Source of the DNA: Octopus vulgaris
Lineage: Eukaryota
Reading direction: 5' to 3'
Assembly (NCBI GenBank): GCA_951406725.2
Contig: OX597816.1
Location: 145,142,001 to 145,206,000 of the forward strand
Length of the DNA stretch: 64,000 nucleotides
The position numbers were made by a program, and so were the translations under genes. The notes beneath the pieces were generated by a model. That model saw only the letters and a program-made list of their open reading frames with translations. It did not search any database and was not told the DNA's origin. Each line of letters starts with the position of its first letter. The first letter of the stretch is position 1. This document shows positions 15,668 to 28,485 of this stretch, piece after piece.

Positions 15668-16217
15668 TGCCCTGATGCAGTACAAGGCAGTGGCTCTCAT
15701 GACTTCTCATCTTAACTGATTGGAAGTGTTATCATGTACATTGTTTTGTCTTGGTATAAAAGATGGGCTACAGCAAATATTCTGCTTAATACCACAGATT
15801 TGCTTGTCAGTTGTTTGACCTTAACCAGTTGAGCATGTCTCTTAGTGGCTGACGATATGTGTATCTCTGATCAGGAGCAGACGTAGTAGGGGAGTATCAT
15901 AGCCATGTGTTGAGAGGGATTCTTTGGGGTTTGAATAATTCACCTCTGGAAACATGGATGTTTCGTTCAGCATCCTTTAACCTTATTCAGGGACCTTTTG
16001 AGCGGGATGGGTTACTCGACCAGAAGAAAACTCTAACTGGGCCTCACTTGCAAGGTCATATGCTGTTTATCTTGATATGAAATCACCATGTCACGCACAT
16101 ATGGTTGTGATGCATGTACATAGTGTACCCTTATCAGACGTGTAATCATGATGGATATACTGGGCTTCGTATATTTTACCGCATGTCACTTTGATGGCAT
16201 GCACTGCTCTCTCACTC
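15668..16217 (+). mobile_element. Non-coding ~550 bp TAA-associated element C, copy C1 (longest)
   Basis: Four copies in the window share the 3' end (..ctctcactc + AATn) with variable 5' starts; no ORF with recognisable homology. Confidence 0.8.
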
Positions 16218-16272
16218 AATAATAATAACATTAATAATAATAATAATCATAATAATAATAATAATAATAATC

Positions 16273-16332
<60 letters not shown>

Positions 16333-16339
16333 GTTATAG

Positions 16340-16530
16340 ACTTTTATTTCTGGTTTAGGATTATGGCCAGATGTTTTGAATGGAAGGTGCGAGTCGATGC
16401 CATCGAACCCAGTACTTGACTGTTACATTACTTTCTCATCCTCTACATGACGAAATTCAGAGTTGTCCTTGGTAGAATTTGAACTTACAATTTACAGAAC
16501 CGGAATTAATACTGTAATCTACTTTGTTCT
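16340..16530 (+). mobile_element. S1 SINE-like repeat (highly diverged)
   Basis: gagtcgatgccatcgaacccagtacttgactg...gaatttgaactta is collinear with the 12213 copy. Confidence 0.5.
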
Positions 16531-17571
16531 GTAGCGTTAGAATTTTCTTAATGTAAGAGAATATTGTCAATGATGACGATGATGATGATGATGATATTGA
16601 CATGATAAAAATATTGGCATGACGATGATGATGGTAAAAGTCACAAGGAATATTCAGTTATGTCATATGAACAAAAAGAAATTGCTCTATTTACTTAAGG
16701 CGGTTTTTAATCCCCTCTAATCAATGTAATATTTTCCTATTCGTGTATTATTTTGCTTTTTCCTTAATGCTATTTCTACTAGAAAATCGTTTTTCTCCTC
16801 TATCACCTTAACACCCACCCATCCACAAACACACATACATATACATACATACACATGCATTTTATACATATATGCATAGAAGCATACATTCATATACACG
16901 CGCGCACACACGCATACGCACACACCCACACATTTCTGCTCATCCGTTTATTTTCCTTCTTTCCATCATTCGCCATCGTCGATTCTGCATTATTTTGTTA
17001 GTTTATCATTAGCATTCGCAGCAGGAAATCATGAGCATTATTAATCCTTATTTTATGTTTTTCTTTCAGTGAATAAGAGCAATGTAACTTTCGTGAATAT
17101 ATCACCGTGCCAAATGTCAAACAAATTACTGTATGTATCCTATTATCGCACCGAATAAATTAATATGTCTTTATTATTTGGAAAATGTTCAAAGGCTGTA
17201 TTACCTGGAATGACAGAAATTGGAAATTGCCACGCTTTGTAATTACACCTGACAATGATTGCTTCTTAGACAAAATTTTAGTTCCCTTTTCTTTTCTAAT
17301 ATGTTTTATGTAATAAGCACTCTAAACGAAACACAAAGCAATGCATGTATGTCTAAGGAATTGTTTCGTGACTGCACTACTCAAAAAAGAAATCCCACTA
17401 CGATACGGTACATCTGGTACATGACATTTACCATAGGGCAGAAATGACATAATTTAAGTTCACTTTACAAAGACGTGATTACAAGTACAGCCCGAACTCT
17501 TTCTACTATGTCTTGTAACTGGAAGAGTGTGGTAGATGAGAAAATCATTGAACTTCTCTTATATGTACGTA

Positions 17572-17830
17572 TGCATGTATTTATGTATGTATGTATGTAT
17601 GTATGTATGTATGTATGTATGTATGTATGTTATTATTCAGTTTATTTCAAGATTCTTTACCAATAGAGAAAGAACCGGTTTCTAACCTAGATCCAAGGCT
17701 CCTTCATTGGAATTTCAACATCAACAATAGGGTATGTATGTATGTATGTATGTATGTATGTATGTATGTATGTATGTATGTATGTATGTATGTATGCATG
17801 TATGTATGTATGTATGTATGTTTGTATGTA
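17572..17830. repeat. Two (TATG)n arrays
   Basis: Read directly. Confidence 0.9.
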
Positions 17831-18349
17831 TGTTTTGCTTTATGTGCCTATGCATATAATTGCATATAATTGCATATATATTTAAGTGATGAACTTCTGG
17901 TAACTTTTACAGATTTTGACAATTTCAGTGATGATTTGGATCTGTAGCCTTCGAATCAGTTTTCTCCTTTCTGGTTTTGAGGAGCTGATTTCTCAAGACT
18001 GGTATTTAGACAGTGGGTTGCATATCCCAGAACCCTAATAATTACAGGTATAAACTTGAACTTGTAATCTAGATAGAGTAAATGCAAATTTCTCCATTGT
18101 TCACGTAGGTATTCTCTTTTTCACTGATCTTTAGCATTATGGCAATATCTGCTGGGTAGCTAATTTCCACAACTGTACACAGTTTCTCTTCTCTATACCA
18201 AATCATCATATCAGGTATGTTGTGCTTACATTTTATTGAGGCTTTCACTGGGACATGCCTTTTTATTATGAGTACTCCTTTTTAATATGAGTGGCTATGG
18301 ATTCTATCATACTGGGGATTCTTATTTCTTTGTCATCGGGGTTTTCTTT

Positions 18350-18613
18350 CTATGTATGTATGTAGTATGTATGTGTGTATGTATGTATGTATGTATGCAT
18401 GGAAGCATGCATGCATGTATCTGTGTATATATGTATGTATATATGTATGTATATATGTATGTATATATGCATGCATGTATGTATTATCTTCCTACCTATC
18501 TATAAATCTATCTATCTATCTATCTATCTATCTCTGTATGTGTGTCTATCTGTCATTCTCTCTCTTTCTCTGTCTATCTATACACACACAAACACACAAA
18601 CACACGCACACAT

Positions 18614-18672
<59 letters not shown>
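18350..18672. repeat. Compound (TATG)n/(TATC)n/(CA)n/(TC)n/(TA)n
   Basis: Read directly. Confidence 0.9.
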
Positions 18673-18677
<5 letters not shown>

Positions 18678-20709
18678 AGGAATTAGAAGTGATACACACA
18701 CATACACACGTGTGTGTATGTGTATATGTGCGCGTTTGTGTCAATGTATCTGATGCAGTGAAATGTGTGCATTATGTTTATGTCACACGGTTTTACATCA
18801 GGTGTTGTTTTGTTTTCTTCCGCATAAGTTAGCGCGTTTGCAAACTGAAACAATTGAATGAGTACCATACTAACAAGTAAGTACTGTAGTGGAGATATTC
18901 GACTAAAGCTTTCACGGCGCTGCGCCATGAAGTCTGCAGTCCAATGACCAAAATAAATAAAAGAGAATTAAAAGGAATGGAAATATCTCTTTGGACTGAA
19001 CATTTATTCTGTGGGGATAATTTAGTTTATGGAACCACCACTGAAGCTTTTATGCATCGACGAGAGAATAAAAAACGAAACACCAGTGATTTTAGAAATA
19101 AATTCATTGTGATATTGATTCTGCATAGAATTTCTAATATACCATTGACACAACACAGGCAGACACGCAAAGAACAAGTGAATGACTCATTGGAAACGTT
19201 GGAGACTATCATTTGGCAATTGCAATCTTACAAAAATATAACATAGTCCGACCAAGATATAAATTTCAATTCTTGATGTATCTAAAAACTGCATTCGCAA
19301 CACCAACATAGTTGTAAATATATAATGAAATATATAGATAACTTTTCTTGCCTGTGCAATAATATACTTTGTGAACCTCGTAGATATCAATAAAAGAATT
19401 TAATATTCATTCAATTTAATATATCAGCCAAATATATCGGAACATAACACACGTGACACTCTCTTATTATCTTACGTCAGTATAATATTTGGACAAAATA
19501 TATATCGACATTTCTTTTCCTTTCAATTAGAGGGAATAAAAGTAGTTTCAAAATTGCTTTTTCATTTTAAATCTGTTAAATAAAATTCTTTTCTCTATTT
19601 TGCAATAGTGAACCTGCCAGTAGATACAGAAGCAGTAAGTGCAACTAAATTTTTAATTAATTAATTAGTCAATTGATTGATTTGGCAAACTCTTTCAGCA
19701 TACATCTATGATTATCTTTGGCAATTTTCCCGCCACCCTCTTTTCTGCTGATTCGTCCCTGTTATTTCTGTTTCAGAATTTGTATATGTGTATTCCTAGG
19801 TGCGTGATGTTTCGCTGTTAGGAACTAATGTCTGTGTGTGCACGTATATTTACATAGGCACTTTGTTTTCTTTCCATAATACAAAAAACACATACACTCC
19901 CATACAAAAATACATACCCTTTTCGTTGGTGTATTTATTGCTGTTGTTGTTTATTGGTTTATTGTTATGCCAACTGGAAAGAAAACACGGCTTTGCTGTT
20001 TGTGCTTATTTCCATGATTTTGTGGTAACATATTCTTTACCTTGCTATCGAGCGCTGGCGCGCAATTTCTTATATCTACAGGCATTTACATATACATTCT
20101 TTTACTTGTTCACGTACGCTTTTATGCACACGAACATCAATACGTCCATACATTAAGGGATATGGATGAATATGCTGTTGGTACAAGCATGAATATGACA
20201 CTGAATGATGACATAATAGGTTTAAATAGGTTTAACGAACAAAGTACATATTCAGAAGAGTGTGCAGTCAAAAGTTTTTATCGCCGAAGCGGGAGCCAAA
20301 TTGTTTATGGTATAACATAAACAGTAACCATATAAACGGTACAGAACTATTGTATCATATTCTCGCTAAGTAGATCAATATATCTTTTATGATTAAAACA
20401 TCATAAGTTATACAGAATAGAGAACTTTGAAGAACTTTCAACACCTAGCAAATTCCGTTCATACAAAATCTAGGTGAACCATCCATGACTACACATTCAT
20501 GAATCCTGACTAAATAATGCCAGAGTAGGTACTGAACAATAGCTACAAGATTTAGTCAGCAAAATCCGTTCTTATTATTGAAAGTCGATATCAAATAAGT
20601 TAGTGGTCCACCCAAGTCCTGCTGCGTCACATCCTCATGATTCTGGGTGATTCCAAGTGTATTACGCGTGTCTAAATCTAGCGTATTGAAAAAGAGTGCA
20701 TTGATTTCA

Positions 20710-23215
20710 GGTAAGTCCTCCTCTTCCCGTCTGTCTTGATAGACAATGGGTCGCGCCAAGAGTGGGGCCTACTTTGATGATGAGCAGCGTCTGCTGTGAC
20801 TGAACAGTCCAATTCTAGAGTGGCAGTCCCTGATACAGTTGCTGCACACGAACATCGATGGGTACGTGTGGGGTGTTGCTGCAGTTGTCCTCCTCCTGTC
20901 CCGCCTGTCCGACCACAGCTGTGCTCTCCTTTCCTCAGCCATGGAAACGCCTTTCCTCACTGTCCGACGCCAGGCAGAGCGGTCAGCAGCTGTTACCTCC
21001 CACGTGTCCACACAGATGTTGGCAGTCCTCAGGTCGCGCTTGCACACATCCCTGTATCGTAGCTGTGGACGTCCCTTGGGTCGGGATCCCGTGGTGAGTT
21101 CGCTGTACAGGATGTCTTTAGGCATGCGACCGTCCTGCATGCGGCAGACGTGTCCGAGCCAGCGCAGTCGTCTCCGCACGAGGAGGGCATGCATGCTTGG
21201 CATATTAGTCTGTTCTAGGATGACTCCGTTTGGTACTCGGTCCTTCCAGGATATGCCAAGGATCCGTCGAAGACACCGCATGTGGAAGCTGCTGAGGCGG
21301 CATTCTTGCCGGGTGTATGTTGTCCAGCTCTCGCTGCCGTAGAGTAGGGTGCTCAGCACGCAGGCTCGGTACACTGCGATCTTGGTGGTTATTGTGAGCA
21401 TGTTGTTTTCCCACACTCTCCTGGAGAGCTTAGCCATGGCAGCAGCAGCCTTCCCAATCCGTCTGTTCAGCTCCGGCTCGAGGGACAGGCTGCTGGAGAC
21501 CGTCGATCCCAGGTAAGTGAACTCGTTCACCACCTGCAAGCTGTGGTCGCCGACACTGATGCTGGGGACCCCTCCGACGTCATGGCCCATGATCTCTGTC
21601 TTTTTCAGGCCGATGGTAAGGCCGAACTCTTGGCAGGCATCCGCCAGGGCACTGACCAGCCTCTGGAGACCCGGCTGGTTGTGTGATGTTAGGGCGGCAT
21701 CGTCAGCAAAGAGGATCTCTCTGATCAGCACCTGACGGACTTTGGTCTTAGCTCTGAGGCGCGCAAGACTGAACAATCCACCATCAGCCCTGGTGTGGAG
21801 GAACACTCCGTCGTCGGACGTTCTGAAGGCATAGGACAGGACAAGGGAGAAGAAAATTCCAAAGAGCGTCGGCGCCAGAACGCAACCCTGTTTCACTCCA
21901 CTCTGGATGGGGAACGACTCCGAGGGCGATCCGTCAAACTGCACTGTTCCCTGCATACCGTCGTGAAAGGAGGTAATGAGTTTCAGCAGTCTGGGAGGGC
22001 AACCTATCCTACTCAGGAGCGCAAACAGCCCCTCCCTTCTGACTGAGTCGAACGCCTTAGCCAGGTCGATGAAGGCCACGTATAGGGGCTGTCTCTGTTC
22101 TCGACTCTTTTCTTGAAGCTGCCTGAGTGAGAAGATCATGTCGATTGTAGACCTCTCTGCCCTAAAGCCAGACTGAGACTCGGGGTACACACGCTCTGCA
22201 AGCATTTGCAACCTCTTCAGGACCACCCTGGCAAATGCCTTACCGACAGTGCTGAGCAGTGATATGCCCCTGTAATTATTACAGTCGCTTCTGTCCCCTT
22301 TGTTTTTATACAGTGTGATGATGTTTGCGTCACGCATATCCTTAGGGACAGAGCCCTCCTCCCAGCACTGACAGAGCAGCTCGTGGAGATGGCCCAGAAG
22401 GGCTGGCTTCCCGCACTGGATGACTTCTGCGGGGATGCCGTCTTGCCCTGGTGCCTTGCCCCGAGCGAGTGAGTCAATTGCTTTGCTCAGTTCTTCCTTT
22501 GTTGGAGGCAGGTCAAGCTCCTACATTACAGGCAGAGCAGGAATGCCGGCGAGGGCAGACCTGGTGACCACATTCTCAGTGGAGTAGAGGTTCTGGTAAT
22601 GCTCGACCCACCTCTCCATCTGCTTCGCTTGGTCCTTGATGACCTCGCCATCCCTGGACTTTAGTGGAGCAACCTTGCTGACAGTGGGCCCGAATGCTTT
22701 CTTCACCCCTCGTACATCCCTTTCACGTTACCACTGTCAGCACAGCACTGGATATTCTGGCATAAGTTCTGCCAGTAGATGTTGGCGCAACGTCTGGCCG
22801 TCCTCTGGGCGTCGCTTCTGGCTGTTCTCAGAGTAGCCAGGTTCTTTTCTGATGGGTCGCGCTTATAGTTGACCAGTGCTTCCCTCTTGGCAGCAATGAC
22901 AGGCTCCATCTCAGGCAGGTGAGCTTCAAACCAGTCTTGATTTCTCCGCTCCCTCTTTCCTAGGGATGACATGGCTATTCTGCAAGTGGTGTCGCGAATA
23001 AGCTGCCATCTCTCCTCGATGGACGTGGCTGCGTGATCTTTAAGGGCCTCCTCCATGCGGTTGGTGAATTCTGAGCGGAGGTCGGGGTTGGTTGTCCTGG
23101 CGGTGTTGATGCGTGGGTGGCTTTTCCCTACGGGACGGCGGATTTTCTTTGGGGCCAATCGGACCCTGCTGCACACCAGAGAGTGGGCTGTATCACAGTC
23201 AGCACCATGGTAAGT
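20710..23215 (-). mobile_element. RTE/BovB-like LINE, 5'-truncated, with 7-bp TSD GGTAAGT (20710-20716 and 23209-23215)
   Basis: Begins at the end of the APE domain (YHGADCDTAHSLV), has a full RT and a C-terminal CSNC..DCHSRIGLFSH finger; short 3'UTR with a tgtct-atca-agaca hairpin and GAA/GAG tail. One frameshift near 22705 and one premature TAG at 22521-22523. Confidence 0.93.
20769..22337 (-). CDS. RTE reverse transcriptase plus C-terminal zinc-finger-like region (open 522-aa part of a disrupted ORF)
   Basis: NYRGISLLS, QSGFR, FIDLAKAFDSV, GVKQGCVLAP, LFADD, FTYLGS, RRLRWLGHV motifs. Confidence 0.9.
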   Translation of the reverse strand: MRDANIITLYKNKGDRSDCNNYRGISLLSTVGKAFARVVLKRLQMLAERVYPESQSGFRAERSTIDMIFSLRQLQEKSREQRQPLYVAFIDLAKAFDSVRREGLFALLSRIGCPPRLLKLITSFHDGMQGTVQFDGSPSESFPIQSGVKQGCVLAPTLFGIFFSLVLSYAFRTSDDGVFLHTRADGGLFSLARLRAKTKVRQVLIREILFADDAALTSHNQPGLQRLVSALADACQEFGLTIGLKKTEIMGHDVGGVPSISVGDHSLQVVNEFTYLGSTVSSSLSLEPELNRRIGKAAAAMAKLSRRVWENNMLTITTKIAVYRACVLSTLLYGSESWTTYTRQECRLSSFHMRCLRRILGISWKDRVPNGVILEQTNMPSMHALLVRRRLRWLGHVCRMQDGRMPKDILYSELTTGSRPKGRPQLRYRDVCKRDLRTANICVDTWEVTAADRSAWRRTVRKGVSMAEERRAQLWSDRRDRRRTTAATPHTYPSMFVCSNCIRDCHSRIGLFSHSRRCSSSK

Positions 23216-23341
23216 AATACACGGAATATTGATGAAAAGGATGCAGAAGCTACCAAGTAAGGGTTCGAAACGTACATTCTTTAAATATACTATTGGCATA
23301 TACCTCATATTTTGGAACATATTCTGGGATGGATTAGCAGG

Positions 23342-23342
<1 letters not shown>

Positions 23343-23398
<56 letters not shown>

Positions 23399-23475
23399 TT
23401 AATAATAATAATAATAATAATAATGATAATAATAATAATAATAATGATAATAATAATAATAATAATAATAATAAT
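23343..23475. repeat. (AAT)n tract
   Basis: Read directly. Confidence 0.95.
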
Positions 23476-23810
23476 GGGGGAGCATCATAGCCATGTGTTG
23501 AGAGGGATTCTTTGGGGTTTGAATAATTCATCTCTGGAAACATGGGTGGTTCTTTCAACATCCTTAAACAACCCTTATTCAGGGACCTTTTGAGCGGGAT
23601 GGGCTACTCAACCTGAAGAAAATTCTAACTGGGCCCCACCTGCAAGGGCATGTGCTGTTTATCTTGATATGAGATCACCATGTCGCGCACATATGGTTGT
23701 GATGCATGTGCCTGGTGTACCTTTATCAGACGGGTAGTCATGATGGGTATATTGGGCTTCGTATATTTTACCCCAGTGTCACTTTGATGGCATGCACTGC
23801 TCTCTCACTC
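23476..23810 (+). mobile_element. Element C, copy C2 (5'-truncated)
   Basis: Matches the 3' ~335 bp of C1; (AAT)n on both sides. Confidence 0.85.
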
Positions 23811-23836
23811 AATAATAATAATAATAAATAATAATA

Positions 23837-24185
23837 AGAGCAGAAGTAGTGGGGGAGCATCATGGCCGTGTGTTGAGAGGGATTCTTTGGGGTTTGAATA
23901 ATTCATCTCTGGAAACATGGGTGGTTTCGTTCAACATCCTTAAACAACCCTTATTCAGGGACCTTTCGAGTGGGATGGGTTACTCGACCAGAAGAAAATT
24001 CTAACTGAGCCCCACCTGCAAGGTCATGTGTGTTTATCTTGATATGAGATCACCATGTCGCGCACATATGGTTGCGATGCATGTGCCTGGTTTACCCTTA
24101 TCAGACGGGTAATCATGATGGGTATACTGGGCTTCGTATATTTTTCCCCAGTGTCACTTTGATGGCACGCACTGCTCTCTCACTC
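23837..24185 (+). mobile_element. Element C, copy C3 (5'-truncated, tandem to C2)
   Basis: Matches the 3' ~350 bp of C1, with a different 5' breakpoint from C2; (AAT)n on both sides. Confidence 0.85.
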
Positions 24186-24216
<31 letters not shown>

Positions 24217-24219
24217 TTG

Positions 24220-24280
<61 letters not shown>

Positions 24281-24833
24281 GCCCTTCCTTAATTTTTCTT
24301 AAGGCTAATAGTAGTAAACATCTGAACTTTTTTTGACCCCACCAAAAAAAAAAAAAAAAAGAAAAAAAAGATAGTAATAGTGCTGATATTCTATCTATCT
24401 ATCTACACACACACACACAAACCTCACCTCGGCTCTATTGTTAACCAAATATGAAAGTATTATTTGACAGGCAAGAACTCTGGCGTTGAAGACAGTCAGC
24501 CAGCCAACCACCAAGCCAGCCAACGAGACAGACAGACACTACTGTGATGGTGATAATGATAAAAAAACAAAAATAACAATAATAAGATACTGCTGTGACT
24601 ACACATAAAACAATATCATTGATGATGATGGTGGTGATGGTGATGGTGATGATGATAATGATGATGGTAATGGTGGTGATAATGATGATAGTGATGGTAA
24701 TGGTGAAGATAATAACAATAATAAGCCGACTACGGCTGCTATAATGGTACGATTATAATTGTAACGGCAATGATGGCCGTCTCCCCACGAGCCAATCAAA
24801 GCTCAAAAATGATAACATTATCGTAGCACCAAA

Positions 24834-26153
24834 ATGTTTTTGGAAACTAAAAGGAAAACTAAATCAGTATACCAAATCGCTTGTCCTATGGTTAATCTGG
24901 AAGCGCGTTCCCCAGGGAAGAGCCAGCCTGGGATCGAAAAGTCATCAACTGGCACAAACTCTTCTCCGAATACGGACATGGATGGTCACTTGAACGGGAA
25001 ATCCCCCAACTCGAGCCCTCCAAGTTCACCACCACAACCACCACAGAAAGAAAAATGTAAGCGGAACAAATGGACCCGAGAAGAGTATAAAGAAGTAATA
25101 TACGCTTATTACTATGCATTAGGTAGGCCATCTCAAGAGAGACACACCGCAAACTCTTACAGTATATGGAGAACACGGAATCAAGACAGTAGGCCCTATT
25201 TGGACGAGAACAAATTAGCAAATGTGAGGAGGGATATCTTTAGAAATAACAGACTCACAGACAGTGAAATAAGTGCGATCAAGCACGCAACGGAAAATGA
25301 CATAAATATAAGACACAAAGGAAATGAAGAATCAGATGAACAGTATAGCCCGCCACGAAGCTTAATTGAAAGACTGCCATCTGACCAAAGTACGCAAAGG
25401 CCTGAAGATACAAGAAATTCTATTGTACCTGTTAAAGATAGCCAGGAAAACGAAAAAACAACAGTAACTGAAGATCTCGCATTTGCTGAAGAACACAGAG
25501 AGTCTATGGCAGAAATGAGGCAGAAAATCCTGAATACGCTTGAAGTTGTTAGACATACAAGTATGAATGATAGAGAACCGCTTCATAAACTCTCAAATAC
25601 AAACCAAAATAAAAAACAAATCCAAATTGGCAACTATGTAACAAATGAAATAATACGAGAATTAAAACCTGATTTTACTGAGTTAAATGAAATTATTTAC
25701 GCTTCTGCTAGGGCAATTGAAACCAGCTGTATGCCCCCGAAAAAACAAAGAAAACAAAACCTGGGAAGAAATCAAACCTGGAGAAGTAAAATTGAAAAAG
25801 AGATTGAATTTATGAGAGGGGAAATATCAATATTAAATGAACTAATATGTGGAAATGATGTAAGATCCAGAACAGGAAGAAAGATGAAGAGAAAATTTGG
25901 ATCCTCACCAAGAGAAGAACTGATATCAATAAAAGAAACGCTGAAACAAAAAGTCCAAGCAAAAGCCCAAAGAATACGAAGATTTGAGAAGAGAAACAAG
26001 TTTTACAAGCAAAATAAGCTGTTCACATCCAATGCCAAACAATTCTACAGAGAAATAGGGAAGGAGAAAGTAACCGTTAAAGACCCCCTCCCATGGAAGA
26101 AGTTCAAAACTTTTGGGAAAGGATTTGGAGTGACAAGAAGACGTACAACATAA
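24834..26153 (+). pseudogene. R4/Dong ORF, N-terminal part (Myb-like motif region)
   Basis: RNKWTREEYKEVIYAYYYA...W....N motif and LKQKVQAKAQRIRRFEKR..FYKQNKLF, typical of the R4 clade; frameshifted into the next ORF. Confidence 0.8.
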
Positions 26154-27466
26154 ATGCAGACTGGATTATACAAACTGAAGGATCCTACCAAAATTTACAA
26201 CAAGCATGGGAAGACATCACAATAGCAGACCTAAGAAAGGCACTCACGAAGGCCCATAATTGGAAATCCCCCGGTAAAGATAGGGTGCCGAATTTCTGGC
26301 TCGCATCGCTCCCGTGCGCACACGGTAAGCTAGTTCAGCTGCTCATTGGAATTTTGAGAGACCCAAAGAAAACACCTGAATGGTTAGCAAGTGGCATTAC
26401 TTACCTACTCCCAAAGAATAACGAAACCAACCTTCCAAAAAACTATCGGCCTATAACCTGTCTATCCACGACGTATAAAATCCTAACATCTATCCTGGCG
26501 GAGAAAACATATGCATTCATGGAGAAGAACGATATTTTCCCCATTGAACAAAAAGGGTGCCGCCGAGGCTCTTACGGATGCAAAGATCAACTGCTAATCA
26601 ATCGTATGATCCTTGAGAACTGTCACAACAAGCGCAGAAATCTCAGCACCGCATGGATTGACTATAAAAAGGCCTTCGACGGTATACCGCATCCATGGAT
26701 CTTGAGATCGCTGGACATCTTCAAAATTTCCCCTGTGATTTCAAACTTCCTGAAGCACAATATGTCGTTGTGGAATACGAATCTCCAATTATACCACTCT
26801 AATGGAGTACTTGCCTCAGAAAATATAAACATCAACTGTGGAATTTTTCAAGGTGACTCACTTTCACCTTTAATATTCTGCATAGCCCTAATACCCCTTA
26901 CAAGTGAATTAAACAGAACAGGGTATGGGTATAAAATTGCCAATAAAAAAATAAGCCATCTATTTTATATGGATGACTTAAAACTTTATGGTAAAGACAA
27001 TAATGAACTTGAAGGCCTATTGCGCACCGTGAAAGCATTCAGCGATGACATCGGGATGGAGTTTGGACTTGAGAAGTGTGCCAAGGCCACTTTCCAGAAA
27101 GGGAAAGTGAAGACCACAAATTCAGTCGTGTTAGATGTTGACACAGTCATAAGAGAGCTTGAGCAAGAACAGACATACAAATATTTAGGGATAAATGAAG
27201 GCTCTGGTATTCAGCATGCAAGCATGAAAGAGAAAATCAGGAAGGAATGTTATAGGAGAGTTCGTGCAGTCCTGAAATCTGAACTAAATGCACGTAACAA
27301 GGTGTTAGCTATAAATTCCTTAGCAGTTCCAGTTGTTACTTATAGCTACAATGTGTTGAACTGGAATATGAGTGAAGTAAAGAACATAGATAGAAAAATA
27401 CGCAAGCTGCTGAGTTGTAATAGGATGCACCACCCAAAGGCAGAGTCGAGGCCTGATCCAATTTGA
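26093..27466 (+). pseudogene. R4/Dong reverse transcriptase domain
   Basis: NYRPITCL, EQKGCRRG, AWIDYKKAFD, GIFQGDSLSPL, YMDDLKLYG, YKYLGI motifs. Confidence 0.93.
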
Positions 27467-27687
27467 ACTAGCTTACAAAACAACCACAATTGGACTGGCC
27501 AAATATCTCGAAATATCGAATGACTGGATGCTAAAGCTCGTGGAAAATCACGAGAGACGAAAGAAGCTTCATTCTATCATCAAGGAAAGCAAAAAATTTG
27601 CTATTGATCTCGTGCAGGATACCCAAACTGAACAACCCGAGGGAAGTACGGCAACTATTGTTGCAAAGAAGGTGAAAATGATGGCAA

Positions 27688-28485
27688 ATGAAAAAAGCGC
27701 ACGAGCAATTGGCTGATAGGTGCGAGGAGAAACCTCTGCACGGCAAATATGTGACCCGCAGCAGACAAGCTGATGTTGACCAGAAGCAAACCCATCAGTG
27801 GCTGCGGAGCTCAGGGCTAAAAGCAGAGAGCGAAGGTTTCATCCTGGCTGCTCAAGACCAAAGCCTATTAACCCGGAACTACCAGGCCAATGTGATGAAA
27901 AATGGAGCAGACCCAAAATGCCGATTCTGCAACGACATGATTGAAACAGTGGACCACCTAATCTCTGGATGTAAAGTCTTAGCACCAGTGGAGTATAAAT
28001 TAAGACATGACAGAGTTGGCCAATATCTACACTGGCTAATAAGTCGGCATTACAATATCAAAACTGCCGACAAGTGGTATAATCACCACCCTGAGGCTGT
28101 AACTGAAGGAGAAAATGTAACCATTCTGTGGGACTTTCCAGTACATACAGACCGAACCATCAAGGCCAATAAACCAGATATTGTTGTGAAAGACCAAAAC
28201 AATAAAGTTTGCTTATTGATCGACATGAGCATCCCCTGTGATCATAATATCTTAGCGAAAGAGTTTGACAAGCTCAGAAAATATAAAGACCTACTCATTG
28301 AAATTGAGAAAATGTGGCATCTCAAGGCGGTTACAATACCAGTGATCGTAGGAGCACTAGGAATGATCAAGAAGGGAACCGAAAATTATATGAGAATGAT
28401 CCCTGGCTTACCATCCCTGCAAGAAGTGCAAAAGATTGTCTTAACTGGTACATCACACGTATTGAGAAGAGCATTGTCGATGTGA
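27688..28485 (+). pseudogene. R4/Dong C-terminal CCHC finger and restriction-like endonuclease
   Basis: CRFCNDMIETVDHLISGC; KPDIVVKD...LLIDMSIP...K..KYKDL. Confidence 0.9.

Noticed and set aside
20796-22046. Plus-strand ORFs antisense to the RTE RT
   Set aside because: Shadow ORFs expected in GC-rich coding DNA; no independent homology.
24770-24830. HDV-like ribozyme at the 5' end of the long Dong copy (ggccgtctccccacgagcc resembles an L3 loop)
   Set aside because: P1, P2 and P3 could not be paired convincingly by hand; needs a descriptor search on the family consensus.
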